Below, piece by piece: positions 32,510 to 42,875 of a stretch of DNA of 45,457 bases (the stretch's first letter is position 1; every line of letters begins with the position of its first letter). The position numbers and the translations under genes are program-made. The notes below the pieces were generated by a model that ran no database searches, was not told the origin of the DNA, and saw only the letters and a program-made list of their open reading frames with translations. The DNA is from Chrysochromulina tobinii (taxonomy: Eukaryota), in NCBI GenBank assembly GCA_001275005.1, contig JWZX01002865.1, positions 1 through 45,457 of the forward strand, written 5' to 3'.

Positions 32510-35500
32510 ATGGCCGGCATAGGCGCTGGGCCACCGCCAGAGTTCGTGCAGGCCATCCTGGTCTCGTTCGACCCGCAGAGCAATCCAACGCTGCGTGGCC
32601 AGGCGTCGTCATCGCTCGAGGCACTGCGGCAGTCGGATGACGGCTGGGCCTTCTGCATGCAGGCCTTTGGTTCGGCCGTCGAGGAGCAGGTCAAGTTCTG
32701 GTGCTTGCAGACGGTCATCCACATGGTGACGAAGAAGAGCCGCTATGCGCAGCTGCCGGCCGAGCAGCGATGCTCACTGCAGCGCGCGCTGGTCGCATGG
32801 CTGCAGGCGCGCGGAGGCGCGGAGACGGACGAGCCCGCGTCCGTCAAGAACAAGTTCGCGCAGCTCTTCGTCGCGGTGCTCAAGGCCGACTTCCCGCTCG
32901 CCTGGCCCGATGCGTTCTCGCAGCTGCTCTGCACGCTGGGCAATGGGCTCGTCGCGATCGACATGTTCCTGCGCGTGCTCAACGAGCTGCACGAGCAGGT
33001 GGTGGTGCACGAGGAGTCGAATGGGTACGACTCCGAGACGGCCACGCGCGTCAAGGACGGCATGCGCGACCGCTGCCTGGCGCAGGTGGCCGACGCGTGG
33101 TACTCGATCCTGCAGCTGCACAGCACAGCGCCGGCCCTGTGCGCCGCGTGCCTGCACACGGTCCATCTGCACGTGGCGTGGATCCCGATCGAGCTCGTGG
33201 CCAATCCGCGCTGGTTCGGCACGCTGCGCCCTTTTCTCCACCACGGCGCCCTCCACGACGGCGCGAGCCTCGTGCTCAAGGAGATCGTCGAGAAGCGAAT
33301 GGACGCGGCTAACAAGATGGAACACCTTACCGAGCTGCGCATCGTACCGATGCTGACGGAGGCGGCGGGCTCGGGCGTGCAGACGTCGCCGCGCTTCGGC
33401 GCGCTCGTCGCCGCCCTCTGCCTCGAGCTCCTCGACTGTTGGGACCGTCTGGCGGGCGCTGCGCCGCCCTCGGCGCGCGCGGCGATGCTCGTGCCCCGCG
33501 CCGTCGAGATGCTGCAGCAGACGCTGCCGCTGCTGCTGCAGACCCTCGCGTGCGACGACATGGAGACGTCGCACACGACGCTCGCGTTCTTGCACTCGTA
33601 TGTCGGCCGGCTGCGCAAGCTTCTCCCCTCGCAGCGCGATCTCGCTGCGCACGAGGGGCAGCTGCAGGCATTGCTCCTCGTCCTTGGCCAGCGATGCGTC
33701 TATCCTGACGACTTCGACTTCGAGTCGCCCGACGAGGCGGAGGAGGCCTTCCTCGCGTACCGGCGCGAGCTCTCGACTCTCTTCAAGGGCGTCGCGCGCG
33801 TGCACGCCACGCTCGCCCAGGAGATGTGCCGCTCCACGCTGCTGCGCACGCTCGAGCGGCTGGGGGAGGTGCCCTGGACCCATCTCGAGGTCGCCCTCTG
33901 GCTGCTCTACACCCTGGGCGAGGGGCTGCCCGAGAGCATGCTACGCCAAAAGGGCGGCTTCTTCGAGCAGCTGATGGCGACGCTCACCGCCTCGTCCGCC
34001 TCTGCCTACCCGCACCGCGCCGTCCAGCTCATGTCCTTTGAGCTCAACGTGCGCTACTACCGCTTCTTCCTCGCCAACCCAGAGCACCTGCCTGCCGCGC
34101 TCGCGACCTTCCTCGACGGGCGTGGCATCTACAATGGCGACCGCGAGGTGCGCGCGCGCGCGTGCTACCTGCTCCTGCGCTTCGTCAAGCAGACGCTCAA
34201 GGACGCCTCGGCCGCCGCCTATTCGGAGGTCGCACGCACGCTGCATGTTGTGCTCGCTCATCAGCGAACAGAGCACTCTCCCTACACGCAGCTGCTCGAG
34301 CAGCTCTACGCCGCCGAAGGGCGGGTTCCGCCGCCCGCGCCCGCGCCGCCCTTTTTCGGCGACGCGCACGCGCGTGCGAGCGGCTTGCAGCTGCCCGAGC
34401 CGCCGCAGCTGAGCGCCCCCGAGGCCCTCAATCTGTTTGAAGCGTACGGCCTGCTGCTCGGCGCGCGCCTCGCGCCCGCCGACCAGGTGGGCGAGCAGTT
34501 GCAACGGCTGCTCGCGCTCCCGATGGCGCATCTGCAGGCGCTCACGCAAGGGGCTGCGCAGGGCGTACCGCCCGGGCTGAGCACGAGCCTCTCCGCCGAG
34601 ATGGTCCGCCAGCTGCGATGTGCGCGCGAGGTCGAGGCGGCGCACCACATCTCAGCGGTCGCTCTCACGAGCAAGGGGTTCGTCGACGTGGGCGTCAACG
34701 ACGAGGGCTCTCACATGCTGCGCGACGCCTTCTCGCGCGCGACGCAGGCGGTGATCGCCTCGATGAGCGTGTTTGGAGAGTCGGCGGAGGTGCGCGCCAA
34801 GTGCTCCATGCTGCTGCACCGGATGATTGAGACGCTCGGCGTCGAGCTCCTGGGGGTCCTCTCGAGCGCGCTGCCGCAACTGCTCGGCGCCGCCGACGCG
34901 CGCGAGCTCGTCGAGCTCGTCACGCTCGTCAACCAGCTCGTGCTCAAGTTCAAATCGTCGATCCTCGCGCCAGTCACCGTACTCTTCTGCCCGCTCTCCA
35001 CCACCGTCTTCGCGCACCTGGGCGCGCTCGACGCCGCCATCGCCTCTTCCTCCTCCGCCTCGGTCGGCGCGACCGGCCCCGCAAGCGAGCCGGTGCGTGA
35101 GCGGCGCAACCTGCTCCGCTGCTTCTACTCGTTGCTCCATTCGCTCGTCCACTCGGATCTCGCGGACGTGCTCGCCGCGCCGCAGAACTCGGCCCACGCC
35201 GCGCCCTCCCTCCGCGCGCTACTCGCCGGCTGCATCGAGGGCCCGGACATGCAGCTGCAGCGCCAGTGCTTTGCGATCACTCAGAGGCTCGTCGAGCTGT
35301 GGGTGGGCACGGTGCCCGGGTTCGACACGTACGTGCTGCACGAGGTGCTGCCTGTGTGCTTCCAGGCGCCTGCACAGCCCCACTTTATGCTCAAAGACGC
35401 GGCCGCGCTGCCGCTGCTCGAGGCGAGCGCGCAACTGCAGAAGGCCATTCTCGCCAAGCTCGGCAACGAGCTACTCAGCTACCTGCGCGACCGGCTGCTG

Positions 35501-35611
35501 CCCTCGCTCGGCTGTGAGGCCACCTTTTGCACCGAGTACGTGCGGCGCGTCGCCGAGGGGGACGTGCACCAGCTGCGCGACTTTATCAGGGACGCGCTCG
35601 TCCGCCGATAG
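32510..35611 (+). CDS. XPOT: Exportin-T (tRNA exportin, Los1/PAUSED family)
   Basis: 1033-aa karyopherin: VKFWCLQT, VKNKFAQLFV, RVKDGMR, WIPIELVAN, EVALWLLYTLGE, FLDGRGI, VRARACYLLLRFVK. Confidence 0.92.
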   Translation: MAGIGAGPPPEFVQAILVSFDPQSNPTLRGQASSSLEALRQSDDGWAFCMQAFGSAVEEQVKFWCLQTVIHMVTKKSRYAQLPAEQRCSLQRALVAWLQARGGAETDEPASVKNKFAQLFVAVLKADFPLAWPDAFSQLLCTLGNGLVAIDMFLRVLNELHEQVVVHEESNGYDSETATRVKDGMRDRCLAQVADAWYSILQLHSTAPALCAACLHTVHLHVAWIPIELVANPRWFGTLRPFLHHGALHDGASLVLKEIVEKRMDAANKMEHLTELRIVPMLTEAAGSGVQTSPRFGALVAALCLELLDCWDRLAGAAPPSARAAMLVPRAVEMLQQTLPLLLQTLACDDMETSHTTLAFLHSYVGRLRKLLPSQRDLAAHEGQLQALLLVLGQRCVYPDDFDFESPDEAEEAFLAYRRELSTLFKGVARVHATLAQEMCRSTLLRTLERLGEVPWTHLEVALWLLYTLGEGLPESMLRQKGGFFEQLMATLTASSASAYPHRAVQLMSFELNVRYYRFFLANPEHLPAALATFLDGRGIYNGDREVRARACYLLLRFVKQTLKDASAAAYSEVARTLHVVLAHQRTEHSPYTQLLEQLYAAEGRVPPPAPAPPFFGDAHARASGLQLPEPPQLSAPEALNLFEAYGLLLGARLAPADQVGEQLQRLLALPMAHLQALTQGAAQGVPPGLSTSLSAEMVRQLRCAREVEAAHHISAVALTSKGFVDVGVNDEGSHMLRDAFSRATQAVIASMSVFGESAEVRAKCSMLLHRMIETLGVELLGVLSSALPQLLGAADARELVELVTLVNQLVLKFKSSILAPVTVLFCPLSTTVFAHLGALDAAIASSSSASVGATGPASEPVRERRNLLRCFYSLLHSLVHSDLADVLAAPQNSAHAAPSLRALLAGCIEGPDMQLQRQCFAITQRLVELWVGTVPGFDTYVLHEVLPVCFQAPAQPHFMLKDAAALPLLEASAQLQKAILAKLGNELLSYLRDRLLPSLGCEATFCTEYVRRVAEGDVHQLRDFIRDALVRR

Positions 35612-35953
35612 CACTTGGCGGACTGCGCACGGATGGAGCGGCAGCTCCTTGCATCTTGCAAGCGACTGCGCGTCCGTGGGGCTTTCGAGTTCGTCAGGCG
35701 CTTGAGGCGGATGAGTGTACTACTTGCGCCTTCTTGCAGCAGCAGCTTTTGTTTCCCTGGCTGATTTATTCTCCTTTCTCTCGAACAGACGATACAGAGA
35801 ACCCTCAGGGTTATTAGGGTTACGGGTGGGGTATGGAATTAGGAGGGTGCAGATGGCACGACTTCAGACATCAAAATTCCGAGTTGGGTTTCGTCACTTC
35901 GCGGATTTCGCTGCAAATGCGACGAACCCTTGCCGTGGTGCTCTCGCTGCAAA

Positions 35954-36943
35954 ATGCGACGAACCCTCGCCGTGGTGCTCCTCGCCCTTCCGACCGCTGC
36001 TGGCAAGACCGTCGCGTTAACGGGCGCGACCGGCCGGCTCGGCCGCATCGCGGTACAGAAGCTCAGCCAGCGCGGCTTTTCAACGCGGCTGCTCGTTAGG
36101 CACAACATCGAAGGTGTCACGCCCTCAATCGAGGCTGACGCTCCGCCCGCCGCCATCGCCGCCTACCTCGCGAAGCTGCCTGGCGTTACCGTCGTGAAAG
36201 GCGACGTGACCGATACGGCGAGCGTCGTGACGCTTCTCGAGGGCTGCGAGGCGTGCCTCGCGCTGCATGGTGCACGGCGAACCCGCAAGCTTCAGGACTT
36301 GCTGCCGTGGGTGGATCCGACCACCGACCCGCAACATGCCAAGCGCGTCAACTACGACGGCGTGCGCCACCTGCTCGCGGCGGCCAAGGCGAGCGGCACC
36401 TGCAAGCGCATCGTGCGCATCACAGGCAAGGGCGAGACCCCGTGGTCCCTCTTCTCCATCCTCATCAACACGATGGGTTCGCTAGCCAAGGCGTGGAACT
36501 ACGAGGGCGAATGCCTGCTGAGATCAGACCGCCGGGTGGACTACACGATCATCCGGCCCGGAATCATGGTCGCGGGCATGGAGGCCCTCGACGAAGGCAC
36601 GGCCCTCGGCCTCGCCGACAACGGCGGCGACCTCAAAGTGAGCAAGATCCCACACGCGTCCATCGCCGAGCTGGCCATTGAGTGCCTCGCCTATCCGAAC
36701 GCTGCGCGCTCGACGCTATGCGCCATGGCCGTGCCCACCGAGGAGGGCGCATCGTCATACGCACCGCTCCTCGCCAAAGTGAAGCCCGACACGCGCGAGT
36801 TTGCTCCGACGCTCCTTGCCCAGCACTTGCTCGCGGTGCGGGTGGGCGGCACCGCCCTCGCTGCGCTCGCCACCGGGATGGCCAGTGCGCTGGTGGTTGC
36901 AGTCGTGAACATCTTCCGCGCGCTCATGCGGCTATTCGTTTGA
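35954..36943 (+). CDS. NAD(P)-binding Rossmann protein (atypical SDR, NmrA/Tic62-like)
   Basis: Signal-like N-terminus, TGATGRLG, KGDVTD, VNYDGVRHL, DYTIIRPG; C-terminal hydrophobic helix. Confidence 0.85.
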   Translation: MRRTLAVVLLALPTAAGKTVALTGATGRLGRIAVQKLSQRGFSTRLLVRHNIEGVTPSIEADAPPAAIAAYLAKLPGVTVVKGDVTDTASVVTLLEGCEACLALHGARRTRKLQDLLPWVDPTTDPQHAKRVNYDGVRHLLAAAKASGTCKRIVRITGKGETPWSLFSILINTMGSLAKAWNYEGECLLRSDRRVDYTIIRPGIMVAGMEALDEGTALGLADNGGDLKVSKIPHASIAELAIECLAYPNAARSTLCAMAVPTEEGASSYAPLLAKVKPDTREFAPTLLAQHLLAVRVGGTALAALATGMASALVVAVVNIFRALMRLFV

Positions 36944-37514
36944 GGACACGAGCACGTTCTCAGGGTGAGTGAGAGTACGCAAGACGACCTCGGACCTGCT
37001 CTTCAAGACTGAAGTGCCACATCTGCGTCTCATCGAAAACAGCGTACAACGGAACAACCCGACCTGCTCGATCGGATCGGTTAGCCTCGTAGCCTGCATA
37101 GTGGATCCGGTTACGGCAGACCTGCAAGCCGAACGAAGACGTACTATGCGAAAAGTTCACCGCGCGCCGCGCCGCCGGCGGCCCCGGTGACTTGACAGCC
37201 ACCGCGGCGCCCCTCGCGATGACACTCTGGATCTTCGCGTACAAAACCACACACCCCCCAGACCAAGCGTTTAACACCGCCTTTCCCGCTCGGTGCGACT
37301 CGACCGACGCAAAGTGCGATTTTGGGTTGTAGGCGCTCGGCGGTTCAGGCTTGTTTGAGATTGTGCTACCTTGGACGGATGCGCGTGTCGCGTGCTCGGC
37401 GTCGTGGAAAAGCGTAGCTGGTGTGTACGAGCCACGCCTGGGATGTGTTGACCTCAGTTGCAGTTGATCCGTGCGCACCACACAGTCCACAATGCTCGTG
37501 AGGCCGGCGGCAGC

Positions 37515-39578
37515 TCATTCAACTTTTGGTGCAAAGCATAGGAAGGCGCTGGGAGGCACTGCAGCAGATCTGAGAATGCTGTCATCGAAGCCGGCGGGCA
37601 GCTTGATTGACGCCAACGAGGAGCAGCCATCGAAAGCGCGCTCACCGATGCTCGTGAGGCCCGCGGGCAGCTCGATCGACGTCAAAGAGGAGCAGCCACG
37701 GAAGGCGCCCCAATCGAGGCTGGTGAGGCCTGCAGGCAGCTCGATCGACGTCATCGAGGAGCAGTCCTCGAAGGCTAACTTACCGATGCTCGTGATGCCG
37801 GCGGGCAGCTCGATCGACGTCAATGAGGAGCAGCCAGAGAAGGCCTCCTGACCGATGCTCGTGAGGCCAGCGGGGAGCTCGATCGATGTCAATGAGGAAC
37901 AGCCATTGAAGGCGCCCCAATCGAGGCTCGTGAGGCCTGCAGGCAGCTCCATCGATGTCATCGAGGAGCAGCCATCGAAGGCGTACTCACCGAGGCTCGT
38001 GATGCCGGCGGGCAGCTCGATTGACGTCAAAGAGGAGCAGCCAGAGAAGGCCTCCTTACCGATGCTCGTGAGGCCGGCGGGTAGCTCGATCGATGCCAAC
38101 GAGGAGCAGCCATGGAAGGTGAACACACCGAGGCTCGTGAGGCCGGCAGGCAGCTCGATCAACGTCAACGAGGAGCAGTCATCGAAGGCGCACATACCGA
38201 TGCTCGTGAGGCCAGCAGGCAGCTCGATCGACGTCAATGAGGAGCAGCCATCAAAGGCGCACATACCGATGCTCGTGAGGCCGGCGGGCAGCTCAATCGA
38301 CGTCAACGAGGAGCACCCATTGAAGGCGTGCTCACCGATGCTCGTGAGGCTGGCGGGCAGCTCGATCGACGTCAACGAGGAGCAGAGAAAGAAGGCGCCC
38401 TCACTGATGCTCGTGAGGCCGGCAGGCAGCTCGATCGACGTCAACAAGGAGCAGCCCTCGAAGGCGCTTTCACTGATGTTTGTGAGGCCTGCAGGCAGAG
38501 CGATCGACGTCATCAATGTGTCGTCGCGGAACGCGCCCGGCGGCACGCGCGCCTCGCCATGGCGCAGCGCGCACGCGGCGAGCAGCACCTCCATCGGCGC
38601 CTCGCCCTCGCCGCGGATGCACGCGCGCACCCCTGCCATCGGATACGGCGGTGGACCCTCTTCATCTTCTTCTGATCCATCCGAAGACGCCACGCTCCTC
38701 AGCGCGGCCACGTCCACCTCGAAGCCGCCCAGCCCCGTCACTTTTTCCAGGTTGGGCAGCCAGCGCGATGCGTCGACCGCGTCGGCGAAGAGGCGACCGG
38801 CGGCGCGGCTGCCCGAGAGGTCGAGCTTGGTCACCTCGACGAGGTTTCTCGTGAGTCGCAGGCCGACGCGTGCGCACAGCCGCGCGCACAGGACGCGCCG
38901 CACCCGCGCGCGCCACGAGAGGCTCACGCCCTTGAGCGCGCACAGCGTCGGCACGTCGGCGCCCGCGAGGGCGTCCTCGAGGGCGTCCTCGTTTACGAGC
39001 TGCGTCGAGAGCCAGCACACGGGCGCTGGCGTTGTGGGTGCGTCGGCCGCTCGCAGTGCGGTGGCGTCGTGCTGAGCGTCGTCGTGCGTGAAGATCTGCT
39101 CCTCCGTCGCCGCCTGCCGCTCCGCCTCGGTGGGGAAGTCGCTCACGACACCAAGCAGCCGCCCGAGCTCCGGGCTACTCTTGCCGGCGAGGTGGCCGGT
39201 GCACAGGGAACGCGAGAGGAGGCGGAGAAGCTCGACGTCCACGTCGAGAAAGTGCGCGCCGTGCAACAGCTGCGCGAGCTGCGCGAGCGAGCACCCCTCC
39301 AGCGCCCTGCCATCCTCCGCCCCGCCCTCGGCGACGCGCGAGAGCGTGCGGAGCGCAGCCGCAGGCACCAGAGTGGCGAACGCCCCCTCAGCGCCGCCCG
39401 TGTCGCTCACCCAGTTGGCGAGCGCCGCCGATCGCGCCGCGGCCAAACGGGACCACGCGACCACCTCGCCCTCGGCGCTTCGCACCCTCACATCGCCGTC
39501 GTCGCCGACATAGCCGATGACGTCGCCGCCGCCGCTGTCACCGCCGCCGCCGACGTCACCGTCCCGACATCGCTTCAT
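37515..39578 (-). CDS. SKP1-like + F-box-like + BspA-type (LRR_5) leucine-rich repeat protein
   Basis: 13 full 23-aa repeats LTSIELPAGLTSIGxxAFxGCSS; N-terminal LLHGAHFLDV..LAGKSSPELGRLLGVVSDF..AERQAATEE; NEDALEDAL..DVPTLCALKGVSLSWR. Confidence 0.8.
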   Translation of the reverse strand: MKRCRDGDVGGGGDSGGGDVIGYVGDDGDVRVRSAEGEVVAWSRLAAARSAALANWVSDTGGAEGAFATLVPAAALRTLSRVAEGGAEDGRALEGCSLAQLAQLLHGAHFLDVDVELLRLLSRSLCTGHLAGKSSPELGRLLGVVSDFPTEAERQAATEEQIFTHDDAQHDATALRAADAPTTPAPVCWLSTQLVNEDALEDALAGADVPTLCALKGVSLSWRARVRRVLCARLCARVGLRLTRNLVEVTKLDLSGSRAAGRLFADAVDASRWLPNLEKVTGLGGFEVDVAALRSVASSDGSEEDEEGPPPYPMAGVRACIRGEGEAPMEVLLAACALRHGEARVPPGAFRDDTLMTSIALPAGLTNISESAFEGCSLLTSIELPAGLTSISEGAFFLCSSLTSIELPASLTSIGEHAFNGCSSLTSIELPAGLTSIGMCAFDGCSSLTSIELPAGLTSIGMCAFDDCSSLTLIELPAGLTSLGVFTFHGCSSLASIELPAGLTSIGKEAFSGCSSLTSIELPAGITSLGEYAFDGCSSMTSMELPAGLTSLDWGAFNGCSSLTSIELPAGLTSIGQEAFSGCSSLTSIELPAGITSIGKLAFEDCSSMTSIELPAGLTSLDWGAFRGCSSLTSIELPAGLTSIGERAFDGCSSLASIKLPAGFDDSILRSAAVPPSAFLCFAPKVE

Positions 39579-39685
39579 GCTAAAAAAGGAGAGGACTGAA
39601 GGTTATGGACTTCAATGAGAGGCAGCTGACGAAATAACTGATTGACCGCGTGGTGCTCAAACTTTGAGTTCACGAACTTTCTGAA

Positions 39686-41664
39686 ATGCGAGCTCTCCAT
39701 GTACAAAAGTATACCATGAAGTCATCAGCTCTCCGTCGATCCTCAAGACGAGTCCGTGGCATGCCGATTTGCGGCGGGCGGACTGCTGCCGTGCAGTTTC
39801 TATCTCTTCTTGGGACGGCCGGAAGCTGCCTCGCGCTTTCTGTTCGAACATCGCCGTCTGTGCGAACATCGCCGCCGTTCGCCTGTGCGACGCAGCAAAG
39901 TCCGACGCCGCAAAAATTGACGGTCCCAAGTAGCTCCGGTGCCCAGTGCTTCATCTTCACGAGCTGCCAAGCTGGGTCCGAGAAGCTCCTCAAGGCCGAG
40001 CTCGCACGCACCCATCCGGAGCTCCGGTTCGCCTACTCGCGCCCGGGGCTTGTCACCTTCAAGAATAGCTCCGCGGACGGGAGCGTCTCTCCGGCGGTGT
40101 CCCTCCGCTCGTCCTTCTCCCGTGTGCACGGCGCCTCCGTCGGCCAAGCAAGGACCGCGCCGGAGGTCTGCGAGCTCGCGCGGCGCCTACCGTCCATCCA
40201 TTCGCACATCCGCCCTCCTCTGTGCCTGCACGTGTGGAGCCGCGATCTAGCAGGTGCGCGTGCGATGCACCCAACCGCCGTGAGCGAGCGAGCGGCCCGG
40301 GTGGTCGCCCTCCGGCGCGAGCTGCAGGCGTGCGCCCCCGACCTATGGGCTCCGAGTGAACTCGCTCAGGAAGGCGCGCCGGTGCTCTCAGTGATCCTCG
40401 GCGAGGCTGACGAACCTTTCTTTGTCGGGGTGCACACCCATCAAAGCTACGAGGAGGAGGGGGTCCCTCCGCGAGGCGCGGGCGCCGTAATGGGCGCACC
40501 GAACGCCATGTTGAGTGCGTCTTCAGCTGCGCGTGGGCGGGGCGCGGGCGGCGGCACGATCGGCCCTCCCAAAGATGGCAATCCTTCCAAATATGGGAGC
40601 GCATGCGACCGACCGATCGTCCTACGGCGCGCGCACGTGCCGCACGCCGGAGCGCTCTTCCCCGGCTTGGAGCAGGTACGTTGATGGCCACCGATGCCCT
40701 GCCCTGCATGCAAGTGCTCACCACAGCGCCTCGACTCTACCCCGATTTGGAGCAGCACCCGATCGAAGCGCCGTCGCGGGCGTACTTGAAGGTCGAGGAA
40801 GCGCTGCGTTGGGCAGGCGCGATGATCGAGCTGCGCGCGGGCGACACAGCGCTCGAGATTGGATCTGCGCCAGGTGAGATTGGATCTGCGCCCGGAGGGG
40901 CCGCCTCCATGATTGCCTCCATGATTGCCCAGAGTGCTCCTCTGATGACCTCCCTGATGGCCTCCCTGATGATGACCTCCCTGATGACTTCCCTGATGAC
41001 TTCCCTGAAGCCTGATGGCCTCCCTGGATGGCCTCCCTGATGGCCTCCCTGAGTGCCTCCCCCGAGCCAAAATGGAAGAAAAAGACAAGGAGATATGGAA
41101 GAATGCGTGCCCCCTTCATAGGTGGGGCCGCCTATGCCCTCCTCGAGCGCGGGCTGCGCGTCTACGGCGTCGACCCGACGCCGCCCGGGCGCAAGCACGC
41201 GCCGATCGTGGCCGAGCATCCGAGATTCGTCGAGATCGTGGCGCGGCTCGGCGAGCCGGGGCTGCTCCAGCGACTCCCAACCGACGTCGACTGGCTCCTC
41301 TGCGACGCCAACATCGCGCCCGACGTGGCCGTGCCCCATCTCGCCGACCTGTGCTCGCGCTGTGGTGAGCGGCTGCAGGGCCTCTTCTACACTTGCATGC
41401 AAGTGCTCACCACGGCGCTCTTTCCCCACAGGTGAGCGGCTGCAGGGCCTCTTCTACACTTGCAAGCTGGGCGAGAAGCTCTGGACGAAACCGGCGCAGA
41501 TGCTCGATGAGCTCGAGGCGCTCAAGGCGCAGCTCGCGGAGGCGGCGGACTTTGGCGTGATGCAGAGCGTCCAGCTGAGCGCCAACCGGCAAGAGCTGCT
41601 CGTCCTGGGCGTGACGCGTAGGGGGCTCCAGAGGGCAGAGGGGCGCACGGCGTCCTGGGCGTAA
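39686..41664 (+). CDS. RlmM/YgdE-like (FtsJ family) RNA 2'-O-methyltransferase, predicted join(39686..40675,40756..40873,41122..41364,41432..41664)
   Basis: Spliced product has APSRAYLKVEEAL, ALEIGSAPGGAAYALLERG..YGVDP, VDWLLCDAN, TCKL, QLSANRQE; all three GT-AG introns keep the frame; start may be 39716 or later. Confidence 0.8.
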
Positions 41665-42875
41665 CGCGTAGGAGGCATGGTAGGAGGGGAGGCGGCTAGG
41701 GGGCTCGTGGAAACTCGTGGAGTTGAGATTGAGCTTGTGGAGTGAGATTGAGGACTTTGAAGAGCGTTTGGAGCTACTAGCACATACTATGTCACTACTG
41801 CTACAGACAGGGACACACGCGACGCGATGATTGTGGTTTGTGGATTGTCGATTGTGCTGGGCCACCCTGATCCCTGTGCGTCGCTGTGCCACTGGACCAA
41901 CAACATGACGATCGGGTCGCCGGAGGCGAAAGCACCCCCACCTCCACGAAGGTACTTTGCTGAATCATCAACGGTTCTTTGCAGCTCCATATCGACCAAG
42001 GTGTTCACATGGAGGCCTCTCTGCGCCTCCGAGCCTCCGCCTAATGCGCAGCCGAGCTTCCGCAGCTTGAACTGCTCGCATGAGCTATGTCACTTGCTCA
42101 GTGGAGCGCGTTCGATTATGCAGCGCCTCTCGGTCTCTTTGTGCCCGTTCGACATGTGAGGGCAAGAAGATCGACGAGACACAGTATGCGACGCGTACGA
42201 GGAATGGTGGCGGCGCAGGACAACTCGACCTCGCGGAGGTCCATGTGCTCCAGTTCGTCCGCGGTGAGCACATCGGTGAGCTCGTCGATCCAACTGATGT
42301 CGGTGGGTAGGGCCAGGTCGCCTTTTGCGCCGTCGGCCACCGCGGGCATCCAGCTGAACATCTGCATCGTCGGAGACGGGGCGGACGACCGATGCTGATT
42401 GCCCTGTCCTAGGAAATTCCTATGGGTTGCAGGGAATCTGCAGCGAAGTCCGTCGAATGACGTCTTTTCCGGTGCAGAGAATTCTCACTATGCTCGGATT
42501 CAAGACCCGAATCTCGGGGGAGGGGGTAAAGGTGATGAGTCTTCTCATCTCTTGACCGGTCTCCGACAATACATGTAAGGTAGACCACTGGGTCAGCCCG
42601 TTAGGGCTTCCCCTATCCTGTTCCTATCCTATTGCCCGTGTCGTTGACCCTTGTCGTTCGGTGCGTTTCATGAGCCCGCCCCGGCTCCGGGGAGCCGAGC
42701 GAACGAGTGAGTGCCTCCTGCGGCGAGGACCCCCTCGCACGTGGTGCTTGACTGCCCTTTAAGGCCAAAGGCCTGTCCATCAGAGGGACTGTATAGGACT
42801 GTATTTGGTGATCACCTCTCCGATCAGATAGAGGTTTTCACGGTCTCGTACTCCTGGGGTGACGTGGGGTTTGAC

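Noticed and set aside
37600..38520. Diversity-generating retroelement behind LRR variation
   Set aside because: No reverse transcriptase or template repeat, and no evident adenine-specific pattern
37471..39075. Long repetitive plus-strand ORFs (MLVRPAGSSIDV...)
   Set aside because: Antisense shadow of the LRR gene
41787..42367. Minus-strand ORF fragments with protein-like composition
   Set aside because: Interrupted by stops and no identifiable domain
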